The notes under the pieces are model-generated. The model saw nothing but the letters and a program-made list of their open reading frames with translations, did no database searches and had not been told where the DNA came from. The translations under genes and the position numbers were made by a program. This document shows, piece after piece, positions 1 to 13,500 of a stretch of 64,000 nt of DNA (position 1 is its first letter; each line of letters opens with the position of its first letter). Origin of the DNA: Octopus bimaculoides (Eukaryota); contig NC_068981.1 of NCBI RefSeq assembly GCF_001194135.2, positions 181,838,696 to 181,902,695 of the forward strand, given 5' to 3'.

Positions 1-520
1 TCTCTCCGCAGTGAATTTTTTCACCATCAACACCGAGAGATTATTCCTCAAATATTGTCACCGAAAGTGAAATTAATAATGCATACTTTCAGCAAGATAG
101 AGCTACAGCACATACTTCGTGCATCACTATGGTGCTACTTCGAGAGTTTTTCGGTGAATGGATTATTTTGAAGGAACTTTGGCCACCAAGATCACCTCAT
201 TTAAAACACTGCCAGACTTTTTTTTCCTGGGAAGCAAGTAAAGGATCAGTGTACAAGAATTGCCCAAAGCCCATTTGCTAAAAGATGCAATCATAACCTT
301 CACACAATCCATACTGCATCACTCTCCAAGATATATTTCAAAACGTGTAGAAGAGTCAACTTATGTACTGAAAATGAAGAACAACACTTTCAACACCTCT
401 TATAAAGTTTTTTAACGTCTTGTAAAGTCTAATATATACGTTTGTAGTCTTATACCATCTTAGAAATATTTATTTTGCAATAAAATACTTACTGCTGAGA
501 GACTTTTTGAACACCCTGTA
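1..520 (+). mobile_element. Degenerate Tc1/mariner-superfamily transposon 3' part (rosa/DD41D- or maT-like)
   Basis: Reads YFQQDRATAHT...LWPPRSPHL..PDFF..SKGSVYKN with frameshifts; ends in a TIR-like ...ctttttgaacaccctg followed by TA (519-520). Confidence 0.75.
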
Positions 521-692
521 AAAGAGTTAAGCAGTCCTGATCTACGAGAGCAAATTAATTACATTGGGTTTTTAATGTTCCTGATTGGTTTTTGAACATA
601 TCAAACGCTTCCTGTAACGTTTGGATGGTGGAGAAGTGCTGTTTGGAAAATTTAAGCTTGAGTGTTGTATATGATTTTCTGTCTAAACTGGT

Positions 693-1071
693 TTATTCTT
701 TTACTTGTTTTCAGTCATTTGACACTGTGGCCACTGCTTTTAGTCGAACAAATCAACCTCAAGACTTATTTTTTGTAAGCCTTGTACTTATTCTATCAGC
801 ATCTTTTGCTGAACCGCTAAGTTACGGGGATGTAAACACACCAACATTGGTTGTCAAGCGATGGTGAGGGTGGAGGACAAACACACACACACAAACATAT
901 AAATATATATAACAGGCTTCTTTCAGTTTCCATTTACTAAATCCACTCACAAGGCTTTGGTTGGCTGAAACTATAGTAGAAGACACTTGCCCTAGGTGCC
1001 ATGTAGTGAGACTGAACCCGGGACCATGTGGTTGGTAAGCAAGCTTCTTACCACTCAGTCACTTCTGCGCC
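693..1071 (-). mobile_element. SINE family A (tRNA-like head, CORE-like ggcaagtgtctt segment, internal CA/TA microsatellite, gactgaaacaagtaaaaga tail)
   Basis: Near full length. More than 20 copies or fragments by eye in the window; resembles described octopus tRNA-SINEs, family name not assigned. Confidence 0.85.
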
Positions 1072-1184
1072 TATGATTTGACTAAATTATTTTAAGGATT
1101 AATTGTGTCACTGTAAAAAGAGGGCTTAAGGTGTGGGCTAGGTGCCCCATTGACAGGCTGCTGATATTAAATAAAGTGTTATTT

Positions 1185-1470
1185 AGCCAGTGCAGCCTGA
1201 CTGGCTCCTGTGCCAGTGGCACGTAAAAAGCACCATTTGAGTGAGGTCAATGCCAGTACTACCTGACTGGCCCCCATGCCAGCTGTGCTGGTGGCACGTA
1301 AAAGGCACCCCCTACACTCTTGGAGTGGTTGGCATTGGGAAGGGCATCCAGCTGTAAAAACCTTGCCAGATCAAATTGGAGCCTGGTGCAGCCTCCTGGC
1401 TTGCCAGTCCTCAGTCAAACCGTCCAACCCATGCCAGCAAGGAAAGCAGACGTTAAACGATGATGATGGT
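1185..1470 (+). mobile_element. Repeat family D (ggaagggcatccagc ... aacccatgccagcatggaaagcagacgttaaacgatgatgat), RTE-type tail
   Basis: Related pieces at about 3320-3500, 9370-9530, 13250-13500, 20160-20720, 36740-36870, 40430-40620, 55140-55565 and 58540-58710. Confidence 0.7.
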
Positions 1471-1918
1471 TTGATATCTTAGTATGCAGATTAGTAGTTC
1501 CAGTTCTCTGTAGCTATTAGATTTGAGGTATTTAGCAAACGGATTGGCTTCTTGTTTCTTTGGGATTGGTTAAGTGATGTAGATACTTCTGATGGTACCC
1601 CAATAAGGATTGGGTTGAAAATTGGTTACAGCTGTTCATAGTTTTTTCCTGCTTTCTGAAGAAATAAGGTCAGTTTGATATGGTTGTAAATTTACTACAT
1701 AAATTTACATATACATGTTGGCATTTCAGTCACTTGCCATCATCTGAGGGAAATGGTTAATACAATGCTTAACATTCCTTTTTGACATTTTGACTGGCTG
1801 CTCTTTACTCTTGAAGGCCAATTTAATAAAAAGCAATCCCTTACTTGAAGTCCCTATCCATGCTAGCCTTGTCTGGAAAAATGGATGTTAAACAAATGTG
1901 TGTATGTAAACAATTCTC

Positions 1919-2134
1919 TTAATCTTTTAGCATTCAGATGACTTTGTGAAATGTGATGCTTTTGTATCCACAGTTTTGAATTAATCGTGCATTGTTTCAA
2001 GATTTTGATGATGTGATTGTATACTTTTGGAATGACATTGCAGGGTAGGTGTGAGAGGCTGGATTTGGTTGGTTTAAATGTAAGACTGACAGAATATTTG
2101 GGCTGGATATGGCTGGTTTAAATGTTAGAGTTAA
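1919..2134 (+). mobile_element. TTAA-bounded MITE (piggyBac-like), decayed
   Basis: ttaa...tttagcatt / aatgttagag..ttaa ends; related copies at about 14630-14815, 51475-51600 and 52322-52490. Confidence 0.55.
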
Positions 2135-3993
2135 AGTATATTTTATTCCATATGTTTCTTTTTTTTTTGTCAATATTACCTAAATGTTGACACCTGCTTT
2201 GACTGACGATCATGAAAATGATCCAAGTTTTATTCTTCTATAAAACACTTGAGGAATGTAATTGGCCATTAGAGTAAGGACATGTAACTGAGACTGCTGT
2301 ATTATATTACCTGCATCAGTTTCAACTAATCCACTCAATGAACAGATGGCAAGGACACTTCAGTTTCGGACACTAAATACAGACTTGACTGTAAAGGGTT
2401 CAACTTGATAACAAGTGCCCCAATATAGCTCACATAGAACATTGCCTGGATTATTTGAAAATAATCTCTGAGATTAGCTGTGCTGTCTTGATTGATTGAT
2501 TTAGATACACATTGATAGAAGGAAAGTGTTGAAACTGGATCTAAAATAGTCCTTCACATGTCAAAAGTGTTGATATACTGGTTGTATGTATTGATATACA
2601 CATTTACAGAATGGCTGTTAATCTACAAATTGTCCTGTGCTGACAGTTGGTCCAACTTTAAATATTTATTTTGTTAAATTGCTGTTTTAGATAAGAGGCT
2701 TTTATTGTCATAGGCAATAAGATGTGTTCTAACACCAATTCAATGGCTGCCTGCATGTGAATATGCATGTGCTCACATGTATGCATATGTATTCGTGCAT
2801 GCACAAGCAAGCCATGACTCAATATATTGAGTCCAAAGCATGTCGGTAGTGGAGGAATATTTCACATTATAGGTTTATAAGTTGGGTATCGGAAGTCATA
2901 AAGATTATACATGATATAATTATCAATGATTTACTTCAGTAATGGAATTAAGCCCATAAAATCTTTTAATATTTGGAGTTTGAATATCATTTAAAGCTAG
3001 GTTTGTTTCTATCAGGGTCTGCAATATTTGTCAACATTAACTAGATTACTCAATCTCACCATATTGGATGGTAGTTATTCTTACTGATTGAGCCAGAAAT
3101 GGTGTAGCTGTGTGGTAAGAAGTTGTCTTCTCAACCTCATGATTTCAAGCTCAGCCCTACTGCATGGTACCTTGGGCAAATGTCTTCTATAGTCCTGGGC
3201 TGACCAATGCCTTGTGAGTGGATTTGGTAGATGGAAGCTGAAAGAAACCCATCATGTGTGTGTGATTGTGTGTGTGTTTTACTGTCTTCTTTCTTTGATT
3301 TTGCGTGATAGTTTTAAAATGAACGCCCTTCATTTCCAGTCTTCTGTAAAAACCTGTCTGGTCATGGGGAAAGATTACCTTACTCAGAAACAGGTGAGGG
3401 TTGATTACAGGAAGGGTATCTAGCTTTAGAAAATCCACCTCAACAACTTTTGTCTGACCCATATAATTATTGAAAAGTGGATGTAAAAATGGTGATGATA
3501 AGAAAATGACATTTTATGTTTGGCAACTGGTGTTGGTTTGTTTGTGTCCCTGTAACTAGTGGTTTAGACTGACTTTAAGTACCTGACTTCAAATTGGGGT
3601 TCATCTGATTGACTAAACCTTTCAAGGCAATGACCTAACATGGCCACAGTCTGCAAGAGAAACGAGCAAAGAATATCCTTTTGTTGTTACCCTCTTCAGT
3701 CAGCAAACAGAGTTTTGCTTTTACTCATCATCATCACTATCTTACATCTGCTTTTCCATGCTAGTATGGGTTGAATTGGCTCTCTGAGGCAGGATTTTGT
3801 AGATGGAGATACCCTTGCTGTCACAGTGTACCCTCTCTAAAACTGGCATTTAAAATTGTAAAAGGAAAAATTAAAACAGCGTCATTGAGGTTTTTTTTTT
3901 TTTTTGAATATTACATTCTCTTTAGTTAATCATTTTATTCAGTGTTTTTAACAACGAAAGGACAAAGCTTTTTGTGTCTTAATATCTAAGATA

Positions 3994-4190
3994 GTGAGCT
4001 GGCAGAGTTGTTTGCATACCAGACAAAATGCTTAGTGGCATTCTGAATTTAAATGCTGCCGAGGTTGACTCTACCTTTCATCCTTTACGGGGTTGATAAA
4101 ATAAGTACCAGTTGAACACTGGGGTTGATATAATCAGCTTATCTCCTCCCCCAAAATTGTTAGCCTTGTGCCAAAATTTGAAGCCAATAT
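3994..4190 (+). mobile_element. SINE family B (gtgagctggcagaa head, gagttcaaatt B-box-like motif, aagtaccag core, ccttgtgccaaaatttgaa end)
   Basis: About 200 bp; more than 15 copies or fragments by eye in the window. Confidence 0.75.
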
Positions 4191-5993
4191 GAAACGGGAT
4201 AGTAATTTTTTTCAGTTGATATAAAGATCAAATCTGAACATTTGTTTCCACTATCATTAGCGTTTTGGAGCTGGACGTTTACTCTTGGTGACAGGGAATG
4301 GATACATCTCTCACAGCACTTAGATCAAAGGTTGTTTTAGACAATGAGTGTCTGTCATATCAGTTTGGTATAAGACAGACAACAGCAGATGCAGAGGTAC
4401 TGTGAAATGGATATCAAGTTAAAGATGTTCTTTTAAACATTCATTCACACATAAATAGTTTAACTGTTCTCAATGTCTGTGAGCTACTTTTTGTCCAGTT
4501 ATACTTTTGTGGGCAGCTGTTGTTGGGGCCTCAGCAATACCTTGCAGTATTTGTTCAAGCTTTCTGTGTTTAAATCCCACTGAGGTTGGCTTTCGTTTTT
4601 GGGGCTTGGTAAATTATTTTGGAGTTGAGAAAGCATCAGAACAAAGCAGTGATGTGATGGAATTGTCGGAATAACAAGAGAAATACTTTTCAGTGTCTGT
4701 ATTAGTCTTTGCCTTCTGAGTTCAAATTTTGCTTATTATCACCGGTATCCACTTGGCAGGAAATGTGGTCTTTGGGACCTGTTTATCTGTGATATGCCTC
4801 CCAACATCCAGCAGTGATGTGTTGTTTGGAGCAACATCTTGATTGGATTAATATGCACAAATGCACAATTTTAACCCTGCATTACAAGCAGAATTAAATA
4901 TCAGAACAGAAAACATTGTACGCTTATTATGCCATTTTGAAATATTTTTATTATTTCATGTCAGAGATGAAGAGTTACTAATATACATGTGCTGAGGCTT
5001 AAAATGATTTGTGAGGCAATTGGGAATTACATTGTTTAAATATTGTATATGTAATGTTTTTGTGAGCAATCCTTTTTTAGTGCTGCCATTTTTCAATTTT
5101 TATGTTATTACTATTTCAGCTTTCAATCTGATTATATTTATTAAATGACAATGTACAAAACCAGAAAACAACGAAAATTAAAAAAGAAAAAAATATTGTT
5201 AGTGTATTTATATATTTACCAGCAGTTTAGTAATTAGCTACATAAGGATTAACTACCTTCTAGTTTCACTAAATACATTTACAAGCCGATGAGGGAGCCT
5301 ATACCTGCTAGAAATAGCAGCCAAATTTTCCTCAAATCACACTCTGAACTAAGTAGTCTAGATATTGAGAAAAATATGTGATAATTATGACTGGAGTGTC
5401 CTTGTTAACAGACCTACTCTATCGGAGCTAATCTGAGGCCAAGCAGCAACAACTAAACACATTCAATCACTAACTTTACCGTCAATACGTTCTAAGTAAG
5501 TTTACAGAATATGCATGTAATGTTGCTTTAAAAAATGGTTTCTCTAGCTGTCCTCTGTACAAGTTGTGTTAAACAGCAGAGAATATTTGTTTTCTTAGAT
5601 GTCATCTGTAGTTTTAATAACCCTACTTCTATTGACTTTGAAGTAACTGGGCAGTTTGCTAACTTTCAGATGCATACATTTTCATCTACATACATCAATA
5701 TTTTTCTCACATGCGCTGCCTGCCGTCTCTCCTCAATAATATGTAATCAATAGTCTGACTTGGCCATGTTTATAGACGGTCTAAAGCTTTTATCTAGTCA
5801 TTTTTTATGTTTTTATTACCATGAAATAGATATAAAGAAAAAGCATGATTTTGCCTGTGTGTATGTGCATGTGTATAGACTATCATTTCTGTATCTTCTG
5901 TACACATTTAAACAGAGTATTGATGAGTTACATTAATTGCTAGCTTCATATTTCATTTGTTTCACTTCCATGGCTTCGTCTTTTTCTTTTTTC

Positions 5994-6048
<55 letters not shown>

Positions 6049-6384
6049 ATTACCCTACATGGATTGGATATGATTTTTCTAACAAGTAACATATCTTGGC
6101 CAGTGAACAAGACATTGAATTAATCAAATAGAATGCTTTTCAAAACTGGCAATTCTGAAACGAGAATACATGTGCATGCATGTACATACATGCACATGTA
6201 TGCATGGATAGCCATACACCATAATCTTATGGACAATTTTGAAAATTGATTAAAAAGAAACTTCAAATGTACAACAAATGTACAACATGTTTGTATGATA
6301 TCATTGTTTAATGTCCATGTCATGCACACACGCACACACCTGCACGCAGACGTGCACACACATACATACATGCACTTACACCTG

Positions 6385-6415
<31 letters not shown>

Positions 6416-7344
6416 TAATGTTAACGTTTAATCTAGGTAGTGTTTAAATATATATTAACACTAACTCAATAAAACTTGTCAACTATATCAATTGTAAGTA
6501 GAAAACAAACTGGAAGAAAATAGGGTTTCAGTCAGGTGAATAATATCAAAGTTTGTTAAAAATTACTACAATAGATGGTAGAAATAGCTGAGTGCCGGAT
6601 AAAGTTATGTTGTCATTTTTACATCCTCTTTTCAAGTAGAGCATTTCATTACTTGTTGCAGCCCCTTGTCTTTGTGGAATTCTGACCCCTGAGCTCAGCC
6701 TTTGTTACTTCTCGTGTCTTTTGCAGTCTTCCTATTCCACACTAGCACTTTATTCAACTTTCCTCATCTATAAATATATATTTATACTTGATATTGTTCT
6801 TTGCTTGATGATTTCTTTTAGCTTTTCTCTGCTTGTTGCTTAACTTTTATGACATCGTCACCTTAACAATTTACCTCCTTGTTACATTCCATCTGGCTGA
6901 AACCTTACTCCATCCTCAGATCTAGCCTGTAACTTGCAGAAGGTCTGGTAGAAACTCCCAATTGTTTTCTGTTTTGTAGGTCACTATAATCTCCTTACTT
7001 TCCAACATGTCACTTAAAACTTCTTCCAGCCTACCAACAGGCAGGGGGATCATTCAACTGCAATACCCTCGTTTCTTCAGATTGTCTTGTGTCTCTGGGT
7101 CCATCTAGCTCTAAATTTGAGGCCAGTAATCTGTTATATGATACATTCTTCATTGGGGAAAGGATTAGTATTCACAACTAAACTCTTATGCTGTTTCTTG
7201 GTGAATATGAAGTCTTATCTGCTTTTATGTTCACCTGATTGGTAGGTGATCAATAGTTGGCTGGTTTCTTGAACTTTGTGTTACAAATGGTTGGATCATT
7301 TGCATCACAAAAGAGGCTTGATTGGTACCTTATTGGTTACAATG

Positions 7345-7640
7345 ATAATGAGGGTTCCATTGATCCAATCAGTGGAACAACATGCATGTGAAATTAACGT
7401 GCAAGTGGCTGAACACTCCACAGGCTGTGTATTCTTAATATTTCTCAAGGAGACTCAGCGTGACACAATGTTACAAGGCTGGCTCTTTGAAATACAGGTA
7501 CATCTTCTTTTTGCCAGCTGAGTGGATTGGAGTAGTGTGAAATAAAGTGTCTTGCTCAAGGACACAATGTGCCTCCAGTAATCGAACTTATAACTTTGAC
7601 TGTGAACTAAATATTCTAACCACTGAGTCACGTGCCTTCA
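7345..7640 (-). mobile_element. Older SINE sharing the family C 3' domain, with a different head
   Basis: gaaattaacgtgcaagtggctgaacactccacag core. Confidence 0.7.
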
Positions 7641-7772
7641 CTCCATAAGAGGCTTAATCTTACAATATCCTTAGTACCATAACCATAAACTCTATGTACA
7701 TGGTAATAGCTATCCTAATATTATCCAATATGCTCATTAAACAGTTCTATATTTAAGAGATAAGGAATTATG

Positions 7773-7855
7773 TACATTATTTACATTCAACGGATATTTG
7801 TCCTCATCTTGTCAACAAACAAGATGACAAATATCTGTCGAATGTAAATAATGTA
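7773..7855. repeat. Imperfect fold-back, 37-bp arms, 6-nt loop
   Basis: 7773-7812 versus 7819-7855: two mismatches and one 3-nt bulge; abuts an N gap. Confidence 0.85.
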
Positions 7856-7857
7856 TG

Positions 7858-8387
7858 NNNNNNNNNNNNNNNNNNNNNNNNNNNNNNNNNNNNNNNNNNN
7901 NNNNNNNNNNNNNNNNNNNNNNNNNNNNNNNNNNNNNNNNNNNNNNNNNNNNNNNNNNNNNNNNNNNNNNNNNNNNNNNNNNNNNNNNNNNNNNNNNNNN
8001 NNNNNNNNNNNNNNNNNNNNNNNNNNNNNNNNNNNNNNNNNNNNNNNNNNNNNNNNNNNNNNNNNNNNNNNNNNNNNNNNNNNNNNNNNNNNNNNNNNNN
8101 NNNNNNNNNNNNNNNNNNNNNNNNNNNNNNNNNNNNNNNNNNNNNNNNNNNNNNNNNNNNNNNNNNNNNNNNNNNNNNNNNNNNNNNNNNNNNNNNNNNN
8201 NNNNNNNNNNNNNNNNNNNNNNNNNNNNNNNNNNNNNNNNNNNNNNNNNNNNNNNNNNNNNNNNNNNNNNNNNNNNNNNNNNNNNNNNNNNNNNNNNNNN
8301 NNNNNNNNNNNNNNNNNNNNNNNNNNNNNNNNNNNNNNNNNNNNNNNNNNNNNNNNNNNNNNNNNNNNNNNNNNNNNNNNNNNNNNN
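7858..8387. other. Assembly gap (largest gaps: 7858-8387 and 31181-31831; nine smaller ones)
   Basis: Other N runs at 16549, 21961, 27646, 29306, 41790, 43513, 55765, 56876 and 61539. Confidence 0.98.
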
Positions 8388-11300
8388 TTCTACCCTCTGC
8401 CCCTATCTCTCTTTTGTATCACCCTCTCTCTTTACCCTGCATTTCCTGTTTCTGTCCTGTTTTCTCTCTTTCATTCATATATATATATTGTCTGTGTGTG
8501 TGTATGTAGTGTATTTTGTACATTCTGTCTCTATTACTACTACTGCTAATATTCATAAGCAGTATTGCACACTGTACCATGTGCAATATATGCTACATAA
8601 AACACCGCACCATGTATCTTGCATGTGCTCACTGCACATGCCAAATGCTATATGCATCATGCCACATACAATCACTTATCACCTACAGCAAGCACTGCTT
8701 GTATACACCACTTTGATTGGAATGCACATACATACATGTGTAAATCTGAAAATATACAAAATGTAAGGAAACAAAAATGTATGCCACTTGGCATCTTCAA
8801 ACCAATTCTCTAATTTAATACCCAGTCCATTTATTGATTAATGTTATTCCAAGCCTACTAGGAGACTTGTGAAATCAGTTGATTTGCTAACATTAGCAGC
8901 AAAATCCCTCTTAAATTATATGCAACTATTTCCTGGTGTGACTGTATGGTATGATGTTTGCTTCCCAACCACGTTCTGATTCAGTCCCACTGCACAGCAC
9001 CTTGGGCAAGTGGCTTGTATTATAACCCCAGGCTGACCAACGTTTTAGGAGTAAATTTGGTAGAAGAAAACTGAAAGAAACCCAGTGTGTGTGAACGTGC
9101 GCACGCACGCACACACACACACACGGTATTCCTTAGTGGACATTAATATCAGGGAGATTATCATTTCTTCATTATATTTCGCAGGATTAGAAGTTTGAAC
9201 TTGAGATTAAGGAATAAGGAAAAATATGCAGAGAATTCATAATTTTTTTTGTTGCTCTCTTATGAAGTTCTTAAGTGCCAATGAAGTCTTGCATTATTTC
9301 ATTCTTTCTAGACATCTTGTGATGGTTGTAAATAAATAACTTCACTTGTAGTATTATGATGGTGATTGTTTCCAGTCTTCTATAATAAACATGTCTGGCT
9401 CTTGGGAAATATTATTGTACTTGGAAACAAGTGAGAGTTGGTGACAGGAAGGGCATCCAGCCATAGGAAATTTGCCTCAACAAATTCCGTTTGGGTCATG
9501 CAAGCACAGAAAGGGGATTGTTAAATGATGGCGTCAATATTTTTTGCCTCATATTTCTCACAAAGCTATTGATTTGAAGAACCAAAAGGGTATAGTAAAT
9601 GGCATTGTCTTTCTTTGATCCATGAAATTGTTTCTCTGTGAGCCTCCATTCTCTGATCAAAATCACTAAAATTACTTATCTCCTTTGATTTAGTTGGTGA
9701 CAAAAATCATTTTCTTTTTCTCATGCTAAATCTTTCAATGAACTTTTTCTAGTGCTAGATTCCTTTCCCAATACAACGTTACCCATTTTTCTCCCTAAAT
9801 ATTCTGTGTGGGAGCATTTAAGTTTTGTAGTTTGACATTAATAACAAAAACAAAAAAATTCAAACTTAGGAAAGTTTGTGATGAAGCACACAGGTTATGA
9901 AGCAAATGAAATTCTAAATGATGTAAGGAATACCTGACTTATCTTCATCTGACTTTTAGTATTTTTAGTTGCAAATATTTGCTACAATTTACGATTCCCC
10001 CCCCCCCTTCTCTCTCTCTCTCTTGCTCTTTTTTTAAGGATAGAATGTTTTTAGTATTTCATATCTTTTTTTATCAAAGCAATGACAGATCTGCAACCAT
10101 AAATTTTTCTTGATTTTTATTCACTTTAAAAAAAAAATGGCATTTCTAACAGCCTGCCATTTTCAGTATATTGCATGTTATCTACTGAAATCTGTTAAAG
10201 CAATGAGCAGAACTTCCATAAGTGCTTTTATATAATGACCTCTAAGAAATTTTTCAAGGTGGAATAAGACTGTTCTCAGTAGGGGTGGCAAGTTCTCTCA
10301 AAATTCAAAGGAGCTTGAAGGTCTTTTTCCCTTTTTTTTTTTCCATAAGAAGGGAGGAGGTTATCAAATATTCATTGGTTCCTCCTTGGCTCTCTCAACC
10401 CTGGATTGATAAACCAGCTGAACTTTACTCTTAAAGGCCTTGCCTTACATCTTTTTGGATATTATCATCAAAATTGCATTGTTTACCAATGACACTAACA
10501 TTAGGACTAAGACAAAATATTGGTTAGAACTATTTGATAAACTTCTTTTGTATACATTCAAGATTTAATGAAGCTTTTAACTATAAATTATATGATGATT
10601 TGCATTTTTGTTTTTGCATATATCTTCTGGTGAATTTGAATATGAATATGCTAATCACTGTTGTTTTGCCACAACAACCACTTGTCCTTTACATTGTATG
10701 TATGTTCATAATGTGCTCAATTCATTCAGACAAGGGATTCTGGGACAGTTGGTGTTTCAACATTGCTGTCTCTTATCAGCCAAACTAAGGAATCTAACAA
10801 GAGTTTGAAGCTTTTGTTTGTATACTTCAGCAAACAAATTGTTTGCTGATGTCTGCCCACCAATAATAGATCATCATACGCATGGTGGGCAGTGAGAATC
10901 TAAACGACGACTTGTTTATTCTTCATATGTTCTGGAAAATTCAATATAATAAATTGTGTATCATTGATCAGTCAACACCTAACACTCTTTTTTAGTCTCA
11001 TCACATCACTCTTATTCTTCTTGTATCATTGACAATCTTCATTATTCTTTGTATTTACTTGTTGGGCCTCTATGTAAAATTCTTTTGTTTTCACATCTAC
11101 CTTACCTCTAATCTGCTTTAAAGCTTGTTGCTTGATTGTTCTTCACTGCTATAACAGACGTAACTTCAGTCATCACTCTGTTTAATATCACCTCTTGGCA
11201 CCATTGGTGCCTTAGCAAAACCCACTCTGTAAGCATTTAAATCAATCTCTGATCTGAGGATAATTTCCTCTCTTCCTTCTACAAGTGATTGGAGGCCCTG

Positions 11301-11891
11301 AAAATGGTCTTAGGTGTTGTCTTTCTTCCTCTAACCAACCCATTAAAAAATGTAGGCATGTTGCTATATGTCTTGTAATGTATAGTTGATTACATCAACC
11401 AGAGTACTCAATTAATAAAAGGAAAGGCTGAACAGGGCGAGGTTAGAAGTCTGAATGTAACACAATGCAACTAAATACCACAAAGCATTTTGTTTGTGAT
11501 TCTACTAATTTTACTACTTAATAGATTGTTTATTACAAAACTAGGTATGTTTCCTTTCCGTAAACATACACACACAAGTACTGCTACTGCACATTTGTAC
11601 AGAGCTACTCTCACTCAGTGCTCATGCACTTGTATACAAAAGATTGTAATCTCTATAACGCATAAATGTATGTGCATAAACATACACTCCCTCTCTCTCT
11701 CTCTCTCTCTCCTCTCCCTCTCTCCCCCTCGCTCTCCCTCTCTCACCTCGCTCTCGCTCTCTCTCTCTCTCTCTTACACACACACACACAAAATGAGGAT
11801 AACCTAGCAAGTTCTTCAAGTTGCATTGGGTGAGGTTCTGATCTTTGTGGAAAGGCAGGAATAGCACTGGGCAAGATTACGATGAAGTTAG

Positions 11892-12058
11892 TATTGGGTT
11901 GTCCGGAAAGTATGTGCCGATTTTCCAAAAGCTTCTTCTCACTCAACTCATGTGGTACCCAAACATTGTAGCGATTTGTGTACCCAAGCTTTATCAGGTG
12001 CTCATGAATGACGGATTTTGATAGGTTGAGGCTTTCTGCCAATTCTAACTCCTCTACT
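11892..12058 (-). mobile_element. Internally deleted mariner remnant
   Basis: ELAESLNLSKSVIHEHLIKLGYTNRYNVWVPHELSEK runs directly into the TIR (plus strand ta+ttgggttgtccggaaagtatgtgccgatttt). Confidence 0.8.
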
Positions 12059-12282
12059 ATTGGCACCTCCGACTCCAACTCCTCTTTATGTAATAAAGTG
12101 ATTGTGGTCTACATATCTCATAAAGCTTATACATATGCTTGTACTCTGAGTATATGTTATAACTGGTTTATATTAAAGAATAAAGATGTCGGAATCGGTC
12201 AATATAGTTTTACCAACTCCGAGTCCAGCTACCCCTTAATTGTTTCTGACTCTGACTCTCCGACTCCAACTCCACAGCCCTA
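12059..12282 (-). mobile_element. One end of a DNA element with GGAGTC/GGAGTT subterminal repeats (possibly hAT-like)
   Basis: Minus strand begins tagggctgtggagttggagtcggag and has repeated gagtcg-type motifs; no second end found. Confidence 0.4.
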
Positions 12283-13249
12283 GTCATAACTGTTCCCGAA
12301 TTGTGTGTCTTGGTATTAATCATTGTAATAGACCCAGTGGATCAATAGATTCCTGTCTGTCACATGTTTGTTGTGTCCAACTTTTATACTTAATTCTCAG
12401 AATCTTCTAGATTTACAAAACAGTCAACATTGTTGAAATATTTAGATGTTGCTGTTAAATTTGAAACCACATTCTCTGTAACTCCCTGTAAGTGGTATTG
12501 GATGTTGTTGTTATTGGTGGTGTTGTGACTGTATTGTCATTGTGTGCGATTGTTTTTGCTGTCGTGTGTATTTATGTGCAGTTAGTATGTTTGCATGTAT
12601 CTGTTTGTGCAGATGGTGTGTGTGTAATGGTGGCTTTGTAATCTCACAGTGCTAACATTGCTTTGACTCTTTTTCTGATAATATTCTTAATCAGCTTATT
12701 ACCAATAATGGCAAGAAAGTAAAAATTGATTTCCATCTTAACATAAAACACACAAATGATAGTTGATAACCACTCGAAAACCAATATCAGTTCCAGTATT
12801 TCAGATTCTATCTACTGAATATGAGGCGAAAACAAAAACACTGCTGTATCTCTTGAGCCACTAAATTCACATCAGTCACTTTAACCCATAGTCAACAATT
12901 GGCTGCTTATGTTCTGTTCTTTATCAGAAGAACCTGCCACCAGACAATTGAGAGAGAACATTCTTCTTTCTTCCTGATAATATACACATGTGGTATGTTA
13001 ACTTAACAAAAGGTCATAGACTAGAATAGAAAGTCTTTTCATATCTCCATTATATTGGCGATCTTCTTCCTCCAAAATTAATCTAACAGTTTATTATGCT
13101 AGGCTTGAGAAAAAAAGTATGTGTGAATAAGCTGATGATATAGTCATTAAGTTATTTTAGTTTTTATTTTATATTAGTTATGGACTTTTTCTTGATAAGA
13201 AGCCATTATTAAGAGATATTTTATTATGAAATATTTCGTCGTCATCATT

Positions 13250-13309
13250 ATCATCATTTAACACCGACTTTTTCATGCTTGCATGGGTCAGGTGGAATTA
13301 GTTGAGGCC

Positions 13310-13352
<43 letters not shown>

Positions 13353-13500
13353 TTTTTTTTTTATAGCTAGATGCTCTCCCTGTTGCCAATCCTCACCTGA
13401 TTCCAAGCAAGGTGACATTTGCCCAAAAGCAGACATGCTTTTCATAGAAATGAACAACCTCGCTGCTCATTTACAACCAGCAAATGATGTCTCGACAAGG
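13250..13500 (-). mobile_element. Repeat family D copy with an internal poly-T expansion
   Basis: catcatcatttaacaccgactttttcatgcttgcatggg end. Confidence 0.65.
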
